From assembly GCA_046754105.1 (NCBI GenBank), contig JBHHVD010000096.1, positions 1 to 11,133 on the forward strand: a DNA stretch of 11,133 nt, in the 5' to 3' direction. Source of the stretch: Candidatus Krumholzibacteriia bacterium (GTDB taxonomy: Bacteria; Krumholzibacteriota; Krumholzibacteriia; WVZY01). Position numbers and translations under genes: made by a program. Shown here one piece after another: positions 1 through 7,978 of the stretch. How positions within the stretch are numbered: position 1 is the stretch's first letter; the number at the start of each line of letters is the position of its first letter. Below the pieces are notes generated by a model. The model made no database searches. It was given only the letters and a program-made list of their open reading frames with translations, and was not told the origin of the DNA.

Positions 1-17
1 AAGCGGGATTTGAACGG

Positions 18-1772
18 CTAGAAACTCCGGTCGAGGATCACGTGGACCTTGGTCTGGCGGAGCGAAAGCCTGTCGCCGATTCCAAAACTGATGTCGATGT
101 TTCCCGCCTTCGACCGTGTCCTCAATCCGAATCCGTAACCGAGCTTGAAGAGATCGTCGCTCGACACGCCACCCGCCGCGGCTGCTGTCTCCTGCAGGAT
201 GTACCCGGTGTCGGCAAACAGGTAGGCGTTCTCGCTGCGGCTGCGCCCCACCTGAAGCTCCGAGCGTGTGTAGCCCGCCCGCCTGCCATGAAACTGGTTT
301 TCGCGATACCCGCGCAGCGTAGAGGCGCCCCCGATGTTGAACTGCTCGGACAACGGCACGAGATCCTCGCGGCTCTCGAGAACGAACGCGTTGACCTCGT
401 TGGCCAGGTGGAGGTTGCGCGCCAGCTGCACGGCCAGCCGGGCGCTCGCTTCGAAGATGTACTGGGAGACGGATCCGGCGTCAACCCCGTCGCGGCGGTC
501 GAGATTCTTTGCCGCGTAACTGTGTCGATTGCGGAATTCGAAAAACGTCCCGCGTCCCTCTTTGCCGCGTGAGTAGGAGTAGCCGCCCGCCAGCCGCATT
601 CTCAGTGTTTTCGAAATGTCATCCACACTGAACGTGTTTCGGTCGCCGTACACGGCGAAGTCCACGCTGAGTAGTCCGCCCTTGACCCTCGCCACGGGCG
701 CTTCCGTCTCCACGCCGAGGGATTGCCACGTGTAGAGCGTGTCCAGGCCGATCTGTTCGAGACGGACGCCGAAATCGAGTCGGCGCCCGAAGAAGAACCT
801 CTGGCGAAACCGCAACCGGGTTTCCGTCCGCCCCGCGCCGTCGTTTCTCCACAAGACGTTCATATCCCGCAGCGTGCCGCCGATATTCACCAGGTCGAGC
901 CGCACGACGCCGCTCAGCACCCGGTCCGTCGTCCCCTCGCGGTCGGCGAATCCAAACGCGGATGAGAAACTGTTGTTCTTACGTGACTCGACGACCTGGA
1001 TCACGACCTCCACTCCCGAGCCCCGCGACGACATCTTGACCTCGGGGTACGCGACATCCTCGAACAAGCCGCTGTTGGTCAGGCGCAGGTAGGCCTCGTT
1101 CAAGCGCCCGCCGTCGTAGCGCTGTCCGAGACCGAGGCCGGATAGTTTGACCGCCATCTCTTCGCGCGTCTTCTGCAGACCGCCCACGGCGACCCGCGAC
1201 ACGGTCTGGTTTCTGCCTTCCACGATATGGATCGCCAGGTCCACGCCGTGTGCATCCGGGTCGAGGCGCAGGCTGTCCATCCACACCTGGGCGAAAGGAA
1301 ACCCGTCGCCGTCGTAACGCCGCAGCAGCGCGTCGATCCCGTTCTGCATGCGGTCGGGCCGGAAGGTGGCCCCGCTTTCCACCCCCATGATCCGGCTCAC
1401 CTCTTCTTCGCGGAGGTGGCTCGCACCAGCGATACGCACCCGTCCGAACCGCGCCGGGCGCCCTTCGTCGACACGCACTACCAGGGTCGAATCCGCCCCG
1501 CCGCGCTCGAGACGGATTTTCGCGAACAGATATCCCCGTTGGATGTACGCCTGCTGGACCCGCCGCAGTACGTCGTCGTCGCGCTCGCGGCTCCACAACC
1601 CGTCCGGTAACAACCGCCGCAGGTACTCGGTTCGAAGCAAACGGTTGCCGTCAATCGTGACCCCGCCGGCTGGCGCCCCGGCGGCAGCCGCGGCCGTAAC
1701 CGTCAACACCGCCAGCAGCCAAAGGCACGCCGCGGCTCTAGAAGAACGCGCGGGTTTCAATCCGGAACTCAT
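18..1772 (-). CDS. Omp85 (BamA/TamA superfamily) outer-membrane protein with three POTRA domains
   Basis: Signal peptide. Three POTRA-like units starting VTIDGN, VRIAGA and VAVGGL, with YIQRGYLFAKI, YDGDGFPFAQV and LTNSGLFEDV, each ending V.EG/V.ES. Barrel carries the loop-6 motif IGGASTLRGY (VRGF/Y equivalent), LFADTGY, GYGFGLR and a terminal Phe (VILDRSF). Overlaps the upstream gene by 35 nt. Confidence 0.92.
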   Translation of the reverse strand: MSSGLKPARSSRAAACLWLLAVLTVTAAAAAGAPAGGVTIDGNRLLRTEYLRRLLPDGLWSRERDDDVLRRVQQAYIQRGYLFAKIRLERGGADSTLVVRVDEGRPARFGRVRIAGASHLREEEVSRIMGVESGATFRPDRMQNGIDALLRRYDGDGFPFAQVWMDSLRLDPDAHGVDLAIHIVEGRNQTVSRVAVGGLQKTREEMAVKLSGLGLGQRYDGGRLNEAYLRLTNSGLFEDVAYPEVKMSSRGSGVEVVIQVVESRKNNSFSSAFGFADREGTTDRVLSGVVRLDLVNIGGTLRDMNVLWRNDGAGRTETRLRFRQRFFFGRRLDFGVRLEQIGLDTLYTWQSLGVETEAPVARVKGGLLSVDFAVYGDRNTFSVDDISKTLRMRLAGGYSYSRGKEGRGTFFEFRNRHSYAAKNLDRRDGVDAGSVSQYIFEASARLAVQLARNLHLANEVNAFVLESREDLVPLSEQFNIGGASTLRGYRENQFHGRRAGYTRSELQVGRSRSENAYLFADTGYILQETAAAAGGVSSDDLFKLGYGFGLRTRSKAGNIDISFGIGDRLSLRQTKVHVILDRSF

Positions 1773-4700
1773 TTTCGGTCACTCTCTTTCCCGAGAAGGT
1801 TTCCTCGCTTCTTCCTTCATAGGTGGCGAGCATGGTGATCGCCTTGGATAACTTCAAGTTCGGTGTCAAGCTCCAGCGATGGGTCGTCCCCCCGTTGGAG
1901 AAGAACAACGGCCGCACGCCCTGCGGTTCCCGGGACGAGAACCGGGTCACTTCGTAACGCCCGAACAGGTTCAGCGCCCTGGACAGCCGCCACACGAACC
2001 TCGGCCGAAATGAGAGCGCCGTCTCCTCGGCGCCGGACTCCCCGTCCACCTGCCGCCGGAACTCGAGTACGCCGTCCGTCGTACTGCCTCCCGGAAACCG
2101 CAGGCCCCAGCCGCCGCCAAATTTCCACGTGGCGACGTCGTAGGTGCTACCGGTTCCCACCGCCAGACCCTTGCCCTGGCGCCGGCGTATCTCTCTCGTA
2201 ACTGCCGCGTTGAGGGTCAAGAGCCTGGACATGGATCGATCCACGCGCGCGATCTGTTGTTCGAAAAACTTGTTCTCCCGGGCGGAATTGAACCGGTTCT
2301 CCTCTTCGTCGTCGCGCTGATATCGGACGGTGAGAGAGAGATTGGGATAGCCGTCGAGCAGCGACCAGTCCTGTCGCAGCGATACGAGGCCGCTCAACGT
2401 TGCGTCGTCCCTTTGCAGCGCGGATGGAAAAAGCAGATACACCTTGTAGGCATCGCCGAACGTCGTTTCCTCCCTGACGCTGAACGCCTGCTGCAGCGAA
2501 ACGTTCGTCCTCAGCCAAGACAGGACTCCGCTACCCCTTTTCCACCGGGCGACGCTGGATGGCGCCTTGTAAAACGTGTGCAGGGTGAAATCCACGCTGC
2601 GTGTCGGCGTAGTCTCTAGCGTCGGCAGGAAGATGACCGTGTAGTCACCCCTTCCCTTTCCCACCGGCTCTCCGAGCTCGTTGAAATCCCCCTGCCCCTC
2701 GCCGACGAATACAACGGTTTTTTCCTGGCTGCGAAACTGGTTCTGGCTGATCTCGTAATCGAAGTTCGACCGCACGCCGAGCCGTTGTAGCCGCCACACG
2801 CCCTTGAGGCGCGCCAGGTCGGAGGTCTGTGATCCGCCCAGGCGCCGGTCGTCTTCTATGCGATGCGAGTACTGCAGCTCCGCGCGCAGCGCCCCCGTGC
2901 CCCGCGCGGTTACCGCCGCGCTGAACGTCTGGTCGCGGCGGGTATCCACGAAACCGTTCGTCGTGTCCGCCAACTGTTCCGTGTCGCGCTGCTCGGCCTG
3001 TAGCGAGAAGTTGAAGCGGTCGAACTTGCGTTTTTGCAACCGGACGAGATAGCGGTCGTACGCAATTCCCGTGTCCGGAAGCACCGGCGATTCGACGAGA
3101 AACTCTTCCGTCGAGAAGACCACCGTCGGCACAACCTGCCAGAACCCGTACGACGCCGAAACCGTGCCGTGGTCGCGTGTTCTGCTCTGCCGGGCACCGT
3201 CTACGCCGGTGGCGAACACCCTGGCATTCAGCGTCCGGTCGGGCAGGGACGACAGGGACAGTCTCGCCTCGTGCTTCGTCCCGTCAAACTCGTCGCGTCG
3301 AATACCGGCCAGCTCGTAGTCGAGCCGCACACTCTGGTCGCGAACAAAGGATGTCGTGAAGTCACTGATTACCTCACGGCCCACGAGGGGAACCCCTTCG
3401 AGATTCCAGTCGCGGTAGAAAAACCACGCGCGAGTTTTCTCCAGACTGCGGAAGCGGTCGCGAACCGTGCTGATCGTGCCGGAAAGCTCGAACTTGCCGG
3501 CCGGCGCCGGCACGTCGTTGAGTCCAATGCTCAGCTCTCCGGCGTCGCCGATGTTGTCGCCGTCATCGCGTGCCGAAAGCGTGTTCGCGTCGAAGTCACT
3601 GACGTTGTACTGGAGGTCGAAGTCCAGCCGTCCGCGCCGCGCGAGGCGGGTGGTCACGATGCCGTGGGACTGCGGCAGGGGCAATTGCCGGCCGATGACG
3701 AGATTCCCCAGGCCCTGGCCCGCAAAACGGTAGATGGGGCGCCCGTCCGCCGTGATCCCGTCCAGCACGTAATCGCCGCGGCCCACGCCGACTTCGACCA
3801 GCACCAGGTCGAAAGCCCCCGTGCTGTCGTTGAATTCGTAATGATCCGGGATCCCCGCGATCGAGTCGCCGGGGACGAGAAGGTAGTCGCCTTCGCCTGC
3901 GCCCACGAACGTCACTCCCGAAGCGATCGCCCGGGCTGCGTCGTCGCCCGCCGAGCCGATAACGGCGAGGTCGGCTTCGTCCAGAGTTGTTGAACTCGGC
4001 CGGTCCGAATCATCCCGTTCCCGCGCGACCAGCGCCCGCAGGGTAAGCCCGCCCGGCAGGTCCTTCGCGCTCACTTTGCCGAATATCGAGGTGCGGTCGA
4101 ACTTCTCCTGCGTGAGCTCGAAGTCCACACCGATCTCGGTGTCCGCCGTCACCAGCCGCCTGGGAGTAAACGTAAGCTCGCCCCGGTCGTAATCGATCAC
4201 GTAATCCCGATTCTGGCCGCGCTGCAGGAGTTCGCCGTCGAAGTAGACCTTTTCCGTCCCCGCGATAACGACCTCACCGGCAGCCCGGCCCTGCGACAGC
4301 AGGTCGTACGGGCCCTGCAGCTGCTCGGTGCCGCGGAAGGTCATCGAGCGAAACACGCCCTTGGCGGAACCGCCCGCCGCGGTCAAGGCGGCGTTTCTCA
4401 CCATGACCGTTCCCGATGCGCCTTTGAGCTCGCGCCGGAACGTCGAGAACTTGGAGGCATCGTCCTCGAACGCAAAGTCGCCCAGCGTCGCGGCGGCTCC
4501 CGGTCCCGTCAGTTCGACGAACACCTTGTCGATGTACTCGAGCTCCTGCGTGTTTCCTTCGGGCTGAATGGGGAGGTCGTCGTCCGACAGCAGCGCCTTG
4601 ACCTTGATGGTCGACGTGAGATTTCCCTCCACGGTCGCCCGCAGCGTCTGGTCGAGTGTCGTGCTACGGTTCGTGCCCGTAGAGAGCGAAATGGACTTCA

Positions 4701-5151
4701 CGCCCCCGAAGGCAAGATCCCCCGTGGGGTTGAAGAGCGGTTCTTTCTTTTGCGCGACGACCGGTCCGCGGATTGGCGGTCGCTCGGTCGCGTCGGTGAA
4801 CTCCACGTCACGGAGCGCGTAGACGGAGTTGAGAAGAAAGGGCAGCCGCGTGTACGAAACCACGACCAGCCCCTGCTCGACGGGAACGGTGAACCGTAAC
4901 ACGCCCCGCTGGTAGTTGATTTCGTAGAAGTCGGACGGGATCACTTTGCCGTTGGCGACGACAGTTTCACTGCCCGATTGAATGAACGCCGCGGTGAGGT
5001 AGATGCGCTTGCCCGGCTGCGGATTGGGGATAGTATCGGTGACGGCGCCCCACGATTCCCAATCATAGGGTTCCGGTTGCGCGGAAGCTGCTGAAGCGAT
5101 CAGGGCCAGGGACAGTACGGCGAAGGCGACGAACCGCGCCAATGTGGACAC
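1738..5151 (-). CDS. Large (1137 aa) probable outer-membrane beta-barrel protein of unknown function with SprA-like motifs
   Basis: Signal peptide ending ASAASA-Q. Numerous alternating amphipathic strands from about residue 145 to the end, and C-terminal FRIETRAFF. Contains LSDDDLPIQPEGNTQELEYIDKVFVEL and two G[ST]ExV..[ND]G...Y.I[ND]Y.RG.L.F motifs. The GTG start has no well-spaced SD, so the exact start is uncertain. Confidence 0.85.
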   Translation of the reverse strand: MSTLARFVAFAVLSLALIASAASAQPEPYDWESWGAVTDTIPNPQPGKRIYLTAAFIQSGSETVVANGKVIPSDFYEINYQRGVLRFTVPVEQGLVVVSYTRLPFLLNSVYALRDVEFTDATERPPIRGPVVAQKKEPLFNPTGDLAFGGVKSISLSTGTNRSTTLDQTLRATVEGNLTSTIKVKALLSDDDLPIQPEGNTQELEYIDKVFVELTGPGAAATLGDFAFEDDASKFSTFRRELKGASGTVMVRNAALTAAGGSAKGVFRSMTFRGTEQLQGPYDLLSQGRAAGEVVIAGTEKVYFDGELLQRGQNRDYVIDYDRGELTFTPRRLVTADTEIGVDFELTQEKFDRTSIFGKVSAKDLPGGLTLRALVARERDDSDRPSSTTLDEADLAVIGSAGDDAARAIASGVTFVGAGEGDYLLVPGDSIAGIPDHYEFNDSTGAFDLVLVEVGVGRGDYVLDGITADGRPIYRFAGQGLGNLVIGRQLPLPQSHGIVTTRLARRGRLDFDLQYNVSDFDANTLSARDDGDNIGDAGELSIGLNDVPAPAGKFELSGTISTVRDRFRSLEKTRAWFFYRDWNLEGVPLVGREVISDFTTSFVRDQSVRLDYELAGIRRDEFDGTKHEARLSLSSLPDRTLNARVFATGVDGARQSRTRDHGTVSASYGFWQVVPTVVFSTEEFLVESPVLPDTGIAYDRYLVRLQKRKFDRFNFSLQAEQRDTEQLADTTNGFVDTRRDQTFSAAVTARGTGALRAELQYSHRIEDDRRLGGSQTSDLARLKGVWRLQRLGVRSNFDYEISQNQFRSQEKTVVFVGEGQGDFNELGEPVGKGRGDYTVIFLPTLETTPTRSVDFTLHTFYKAPSSVARWKRGSGVLSWLRTNVSLQQAFSVREETTFGDAYKVYLLFPSALQRDDATLSGLVSLRQDWSLLDGYPNLSLTVRYQRDDEEENRFNSARENKFFEQQIARVDRSMSRLLTLNAAVTREIRRRQGKGLAVGTGSTYDVATWKFGGGWGLRFPGGSTTDGVLEFRRQVDGESGAEETALSFRPRFVWRLSRALNLFGRYEVTRFSSREPQGVRPLFFSNGGTTHRWSLTPNLKLSKAITMLATYEGRSEETFSGKRVTENEFRIETRAFF

Positions 5152-5169
5152 CAGCGAGCGAATACGACA

Positions 5170-6102
5170 TCACCTGAACACATAGAGAGAGTTGTTCGCC
5201 GTGTCCGTCACGTAGATCAGGCCGGCGGCCGCAACGGCGACGTCGGTGGGGCGGAATTCGTCGACTCCCCGGGGCGCAATCGATCGTATCAGTTGCCCGC
5301 CGCCGTCGAAGACAAACACGCGCCCCGCCTCCGGATCTGCGACATAGACCTCCCCGGCCCGGTTCGCCACCGCCCGTCTGGGCGCCCGCAACGGGTTGGT
5401 CGTTCTTTCCGGCGGGATCGAGCCCAGGTAGCTCCCGTAGGTGTTGAGTCGCTGGATGCGGCGGTTACCCGTGTCGGCGACGAGTAGTTCGCCACCCTCC
5501 GTGAACGACACGCCTTCCGGGGCGCTGAACTGGCCGGGAAACGCCCCGTAGTTGCCGAACACGAGCTCCACGTCGAGGAAGCTGTTGAAAAGTATGATGC
5601 GGTGGTTCCTCACGTCGGTCACGGCGATTCTGCCGGAGGGATCCACGTCCATCCCGACCGGGGAAACCTGGCCTTCGTCGAAGACCTCGTCGAAATTCAC
5701 CAACTGGTCGCGGTACGCCCCATCGGTGTCGAAGCGCTGAAGCACCCGGCCCACTTCGTCGAGGGCGTAGACGAAGAACCCGCTCAATTTCACGTCGCTC
5801 GGGTGAAATCCCGGGCTCTGCGCCGGCCGCTGGAACTCGAGAGACTGCTCTCCGGAGGAGTCGATGCGCACCAGCCGCCCCGGCACCCCATCGGCGACCA
5901 CGATGTTGCCGGCAATGTCGATCGTGACCGCCAGCGGCTCGCCGAGCATGATACCACCCACCGCCGCGGCTGCCATGACCGGCGTAACGCTCTCCTCCAA
6001 CGAAGAGACGTCCTGACCCTGCTCGACCCGACTCGACGCGCACCCCAAGAACAACACGACGGCGACCGATACCTTGACGTATGCGGATACCGACTCGCTC
6101 AT
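5170..6102 (-). CDS. NHL-repeat six-bladed beta-propeller lipoprotein
   Basis: Lipoprotein-like signal KVSVAVVLFLG-C. Six NHL-type blades: EPLAVTIDIAGNIVVAD, HPSDVKLSGFFVYALD, SPVGMDVDPSGRIAVTDVRNHRI, FSAPEGVSFTEGGELLVADTGNRRIQ, APRRAVANRAGEVYVAD, FRPTDVAVAAAGLIYVTDTANNSL. SD-like GGTGA lies 6 nt before the ATG. Confidence 0.9.
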   Translation of the reverse strand: MSESVSAYVKVSVAVVLFLGCASSRVEQGQDVSSLEESVTPVMAAAAVGGIMLGEPLAVTIDIAGNIVVADGVPGRLVRIDSSGEQSLEFQRPAQSPGFHPSDVKLSGFFVYALDEVGRVLQRFDTDGAYRDQLVNFDEVFDEGQVSPVGMDVDPSGRIAVTDVRNHRIILFNSFLDVELVFGNYGAFPGQFSAPEGVSFTEGGELLVADTGNRRIQRLNTYGSYLGSIPPERTTNPLRAPRRAVANRAGEVYVADPEAGRVFVFDGGGQLIRSIAPRGVDEFRPTDVAVAAAGLIYVTDTANNSLYVFR

Positions 6103-6159
6103 GGAACTTCACCACGCTTTCAGCAGGCTGGAACGATCTGGAAGACGATGCGAGGGGAG

Positions 6160-6969
6160 CTAGAACCTGCGTACAATCGAGACTCCGGTTTGAAACTCGT
6201 CGCCGGCGCGGTAACGCGGCGCACCGATCTCGATCTGAAATTCGCGCCGCGCACCGTCGGCCGGCCGGTCCATTTCCCGGCTCGCCTTCAGCACAAAGAA
6301 CGCGGCCGCCACACGGTTGGCAATGGCCGCCGCCACCATGTAGGTCCGACGGCGAAACGCCCTCTTACTGGCCGCGCGGCGGTCCTGATAGAAGCGCCGG
6401 TCATCCTCGCTAATCCACGCCCAGGGCTCGAAGTCTCCGATGCGGTTTTGCAGGAAGTAGTCGTTCAACATCCGGGCGTCCCCCTGCGGGAAGAACCCCG
6501 ACCGCCCTTCGCTCTTGATCTGGGCTTCGTAATCGTCGGAGGAGTTGAAATCCGTCAGAAGAGCGTAGTATTCGTCCGAATGATCTCTCGACGAGACCCC
6601 GGCAAACTGGCCGGCGTATTCCTCGTACGCGTCCTCGCGCAGCCGGCCCTGCACTTCGAAAACAACGAACGAAGTCCACACGGCGCCCTCGGCCACGAAG
6701 AACGTGCGCGCCGCTCCGGACCGCCCCAGGTAGTGATGCCCGAGACCCGGCAACGCCAGGGAATACAATACCGCGCGGGCCGCCGATCTCTCGCCACCGC
6801 CGCCGAGGCCGGGCACCGCATGCGACCGGTAACCCGCCGGCCGGCCCTCCCGGCTGTGGTCTACACGGGGCGCCGTCCGCAGCGTGAAGGCACCGGCGGT
6901 TGCCGGGACCGCCGCCACGCAGGCGATTACGGCTACTGCGGCAAGCATTTTCCCGATCGAATCATTCAT
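6160..6969 (-). CDS. Exported hypothetical protein with SLxLPGxG motif (DUF5683/TM2-like), paralogue B
   Basis: 269 aa, with a 4-nt ATGA overlap with the upstream gene at 6966-6969. Signal peptide ending ATAGA, YSLALPGLGHHYLG plus a hydrophobic helix, a second helix MVAAAIANRVAAAFFVL, and C-terminal TGVSIVRRF. Confidence 0.82.
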   Translation of the reverse strand: MNDSIGKMLAAVAVIACVAAVPATAGAFTLRTAPRVDHSREGRPAGYRSHAVPGLGGGGERSAARAVLYSLALPGLGHHYLGRSGAARTFFVAEGAVWTSFVVFEVQGRLREDAYEEYAGQFAGVSSRDHSDEYYALLTDFNSSDDYEAQIKSEGRSGFFPQGDARMLNDYFLQNRIGDFEPWAWISEDDRRFYQDRRAASKRAFRRRTYMVAAAIANRVAAAFFVLKASREMDRPADGARREFQIEIGAPRYRAGDEFQTGVSIVRRF

Positions 6970-7922
6970 CGAAATCGATACTCGAAGGCTATCTCGCCCG
7001 ACGCCAGCCCGGTGGACCGCGCGGTGAACGAATAGCGCTTTGCCTGTGCGGCGGCGCGCCCCGCCGCCGCGTTACGGTTCCGGACCATGACCACGGTCTC
7101 TACCAGCGAGAACACGCGGGCGGCAACGCTCAAAAAAACGAACCGGTCTGCCCGGTCCAACTGGTCGTTGCTGCGGTTGCGAATGCTGCGGTACTGGGTG
7201 CGCAGGTCCGTATTCGATGGCTGGGTAGTCCCCAGCGGGGCGCGCGTCCAGTCCTCCCAGCCCGATATGAACCAGTCGTATTTTCCGATGTTCTCGTAAT
7301 AATTCAGTTTCTCGTCTTCTTTTGCCGCGTACGGGTGATAACCGGGCCAGGCCCCCGCGTATGCAGCGCTCCGCCCGAACGCGTCGAGCTCTGCGAAAGT
7401 GACCGAGTCCGGGTTGCCGCCCATCATGGCGGTCGCGACGTGCTCGCGAATCCAGCGCCCGTGGTTCCAGTGCCGGTCGGCAAACGCCTCGAATTCGGCG
7501 CGGCTGTCGAGGCCACGGTTGCGGTTGATCGCATACCCGGTCCACGCCGTCGCTTCGAGCGCCGCCAGCGCCGCTCCCCGCTTGTACGCTCCGAGCGCGA
7601 TTTCCCCGGCGCCGGGGAGGAGCAGCGAATAGAAAACGGGCAGGTAGGTGCGCCAGCCGCTCTTCGCCTCGAGGGGTTCCCCACCCATCACATCGAGTCT
7701 CGAACCGGCTGCGCGTTCACCCTCCAGCCCCGCCGCGCGCGACGGCGGTGCCTCGAACCCTTCCCGCCAGGCCCCGTCCAGGGTCGGGTACGCCTCGACA
7801 TAGACCGGGATCGCCTCCGCGCCAACCGCTGCCGGCGTGACGGAATCGTCCGCGGCCGCCCGGGAGCCCGAGGGGCACACCGACATCGCGAGGAAGAGAA
7901 CGGTCCAGTTTCTCACGGTCAC
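6966..7922 (-). CDS. Exported hypothetical protein with SLxLPGxG motif (DUF5683/TM2-like), paralogue A
   Basis: 318-aa ORF in operon orientation (start GTG 7922, or GTG 7916). N-terminal signal-like segment, YSLLLPGAGEIALG followed by a hydrophobic helix, YYENIGKYDWFISGW, a second hydrophobic helix and a C-terminal strand GEIAFEYRFR. Its stop overlaps the next start (ATGA). Confidence 0.8.
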   Translation of the reverse strand: MTVRNWTVLFLAMSVCPSGSRAAADDSVTPAAVGAEAIPVYVEAYPTLDGAWREGFEAPPSRAAGLEGERAAGSRLDVMGGEPLEAKSGWRTYLPVFYSLLLPGAGEIALGAYKRGAALAALEATAWTGYAINRNRGLDSRAEFEAFADRHWNHGRWIREHVATAMMGGNPDSVTFAELDAFGRSAAYAGAWPGYHPYAAKEDEKLNYYENIGKYDWFISGWEDWTRAPLGTTQPSNTDLRTQYRSIRNRSNDQLDRADRFVFLSVAARVFSLVETVVMVRNRNAAAGRAAAQAKRYSFTARSTGLASGEIAFEYRFR

Positions 7923-7978
7923 CTTTGAAATCGTTGTTGTTTATAGAGCGGGCGCGTAAATCCAGGGGAAGGTTCGAA

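Noticed and set aside
1..17. Minus-strand GTTCAAATCCCGC resembling a tRNA T-loop just after the Omp85 stop
   Set aside because: The flanks do not pair into a T-stem, and the upstream sequence is coding with no cloverleaf.
979..1596. Alternative-frame minus-strand ORFs nested in real genes (also 5465-6115, 7072-7545, 7717-8457, 9481-10116)
   Set aside because: Low-complexity Arg-rich translations overlapping motif-bearing CDSs, with no sign of frameshifts in the main frames.
1738..5151. Possibility that the 1137-aa protein is TamB or a TonB-dependent receptor
   Set aside because: It has a cleavable signal peptide rather than a TamB-type N-terminal anchor, and I could not recognise DUF490, TonB-box or plug motifs. 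A formal HMM search is still needed.
5149..5172. NHL gene and large-barrel gene are in the same frame, separated only by TGA plus six codons (possible readthrough, selenocysteine or split gene)
   Set aside because: The propeller is complete at the stop, the downstream gene has its own signal peptide, and no convincing SECIS-like hairpin follows. In-frame neighbours occur one time in three by chance.
5602..7035. 477-aa plus-strand ORF, and similar long antisense ORFs at 3034-3993, 6900-7928, 7925-8878 and 9428-10105
   Set aside because: They lie antisense to well-supported genes, are rich in Arg/Gly/Pro/His/Val, and show no recognisable motifs. These are typical shadow ORFs of high-GC DNA.
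7923..7978. AT-rich gap with TATAAA on the minus strand, a possible promoter or terminator after porV
   Set aside because: No plausible -35 at 16-18 nt and no strong hairpin with a U-tract. It may simply be an unstructured translation-initiation region.
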